From Dendrobates tinctorius (lineage: Eukaryota), in NCBI RefSeq assembly GCF_039654945.1, contig NW_027361844.1, positions 19,282,001 through 19,346,000 of the forward strand: a stretch of DNA of 64,000 nt, written 5' to 3'. This document shows, one piece after another, positions 63,001 to 64,000 of the stretch. The position numbers were made by a program, and so were the translations under genes. Numbering within the stretch: position 1 is the stretch's first letter; each line of letters starts with the position of its first letter. The notes beneath the pieces are model-generated. The model was not told where the DNA came from, did no database searches, and was given only the letters and a program-made list of their open reading frames with translations.

Positions 63001-64000
63001 CTTAACTAAGGGGGTGATAACGGGGGGTTTGATTTACTATTTATGGCGGATTTTATTTTTGGCAGCTGTCATACGCTAAAAGACGCTTTTTATTGTAAAA
63101 ATAGTTTTTGCATCACCACATTTTGAGAGCTGTAATTTTTCCATATTTTGACCCACCGAGTCATGTGAGGTCTTATTTTTTGCGGGACAAGTTGATGTTT
63201 TTATTGATACCATTTTCGGGTACTTGACATTTTTTGATCGCTTTTTATTCCGATTTATGGGACGCAGAATGAACAAAAACCAGCGATTCATGAATTTCTT
63301 TTGGGGGGTGTGTTTACACCATTCCGCCTGTGGTAAAATTGATAAAGCGCTTTTATTCTTCGGGTCAGTACGGTTACAGCGATACCTCATTTATGTCTTT
63401 TTTTATGTTTTGGCGCTTTTATACAATGAAAACAATTTTATATAAAAAATAATTATTTTTGCATCGCTTTATTCTGCGAGCTATAACTTTTTATTTTTTC
63501 GCTGATGATGCTGTATGGTGGCTTTTTTTTTGCGGGACAAGATGATGTTTTCAGCGGTACCATGGTCATTTATATCCGGCTTTTTGATCGCGCGTTATTG
63601 CACTTTTTGTTCGGCCGTATGATAGTAAAGCATTGTTTTTGCTTTGTTTTTTATTTTTATTTTTTAAGGGGGTCACTAAAGGGGTTAACTAATGGGACAG
63701 TTTTATAGGGCGGGTCGTTACGGACGCGGCGATACTAAACATGTGTACATTTATTGTTTTTTTTTATAATTTCCAAAAAATGAATTTATTAGGGAATATT
63801 TTTTTTTTAAATTTATTTAGCGATTTTTTATACAATACTTATACACTTTTTTTTTTTACTTTATTACATTGTCCCAGGGGGGACATCATTGTAATATGTC
63901 AGATCGCTGATCTGACACATCACAGATCGCTGTGACAGATCAGCGATCTGACACAGGCACTGCAGCAGGCTTCCTCATGCCTTCGCTGTGCAGGCACTGT
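60071..64000 (+). mobile_element. Non-autonomous piggyBac-like element with expanded ~375-390-bp tandem unit, running off the window end
   Basis: TTAA|TCCCTTTACCCCCAAGG start. Marker GGAAACCCCC (one copy degenerate) at ~60940, 61313, 61686, 62076, 62470, 62860. (CCCTAA)n at ~62887-62953. Confidence 0.85.

Overview
Eukaryotic, repeat-dense vertebrate DNA. The transposon repertoire (V-SINE, L2, CR1, Tc1, T2/Kolobok-type MITEs, TTAA piggyBac-like elements) suggests an anuran amphibian; this is an inference. No host gene can be confidently called. The centre of the window is a three-level nest. An old, internally deleted hAT element (- strand, from 24944) was split by a non-autonomous LTR retrotransposon (26533-40336; 1.3-kb LTRs, 4-bp TSD GCAG, 18-nt tRNA-Ser PBS). 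That retroelement has no recognisable gag/pol but carries a frameshifted ORF containing a cold-shock domain. It was in turn split by a young 8.9-kb hAT/BED transposon (29201-38073, 8-bp TSD ATGATTAC). This hAT carries a near-intact transposase, two unrelated 130-bp tandem arrays, a 3' hairpin and a captured, diverged 18S rRNA fragment antisense to the transposase. A second near-identical copy of its 3' end, with the same 18S piece, occupies 1-2196. Also present: a 2.85-kb fold-back hAT MITE with the same TIR, an almost intact DD36E Tc1-family element, piggyBac-like non-autonomous elements with telomeric repeats, Penelope-type minimal hammerhead motifs, solo LTRs and LINE/SINE remnants. All alignments were done by eye.
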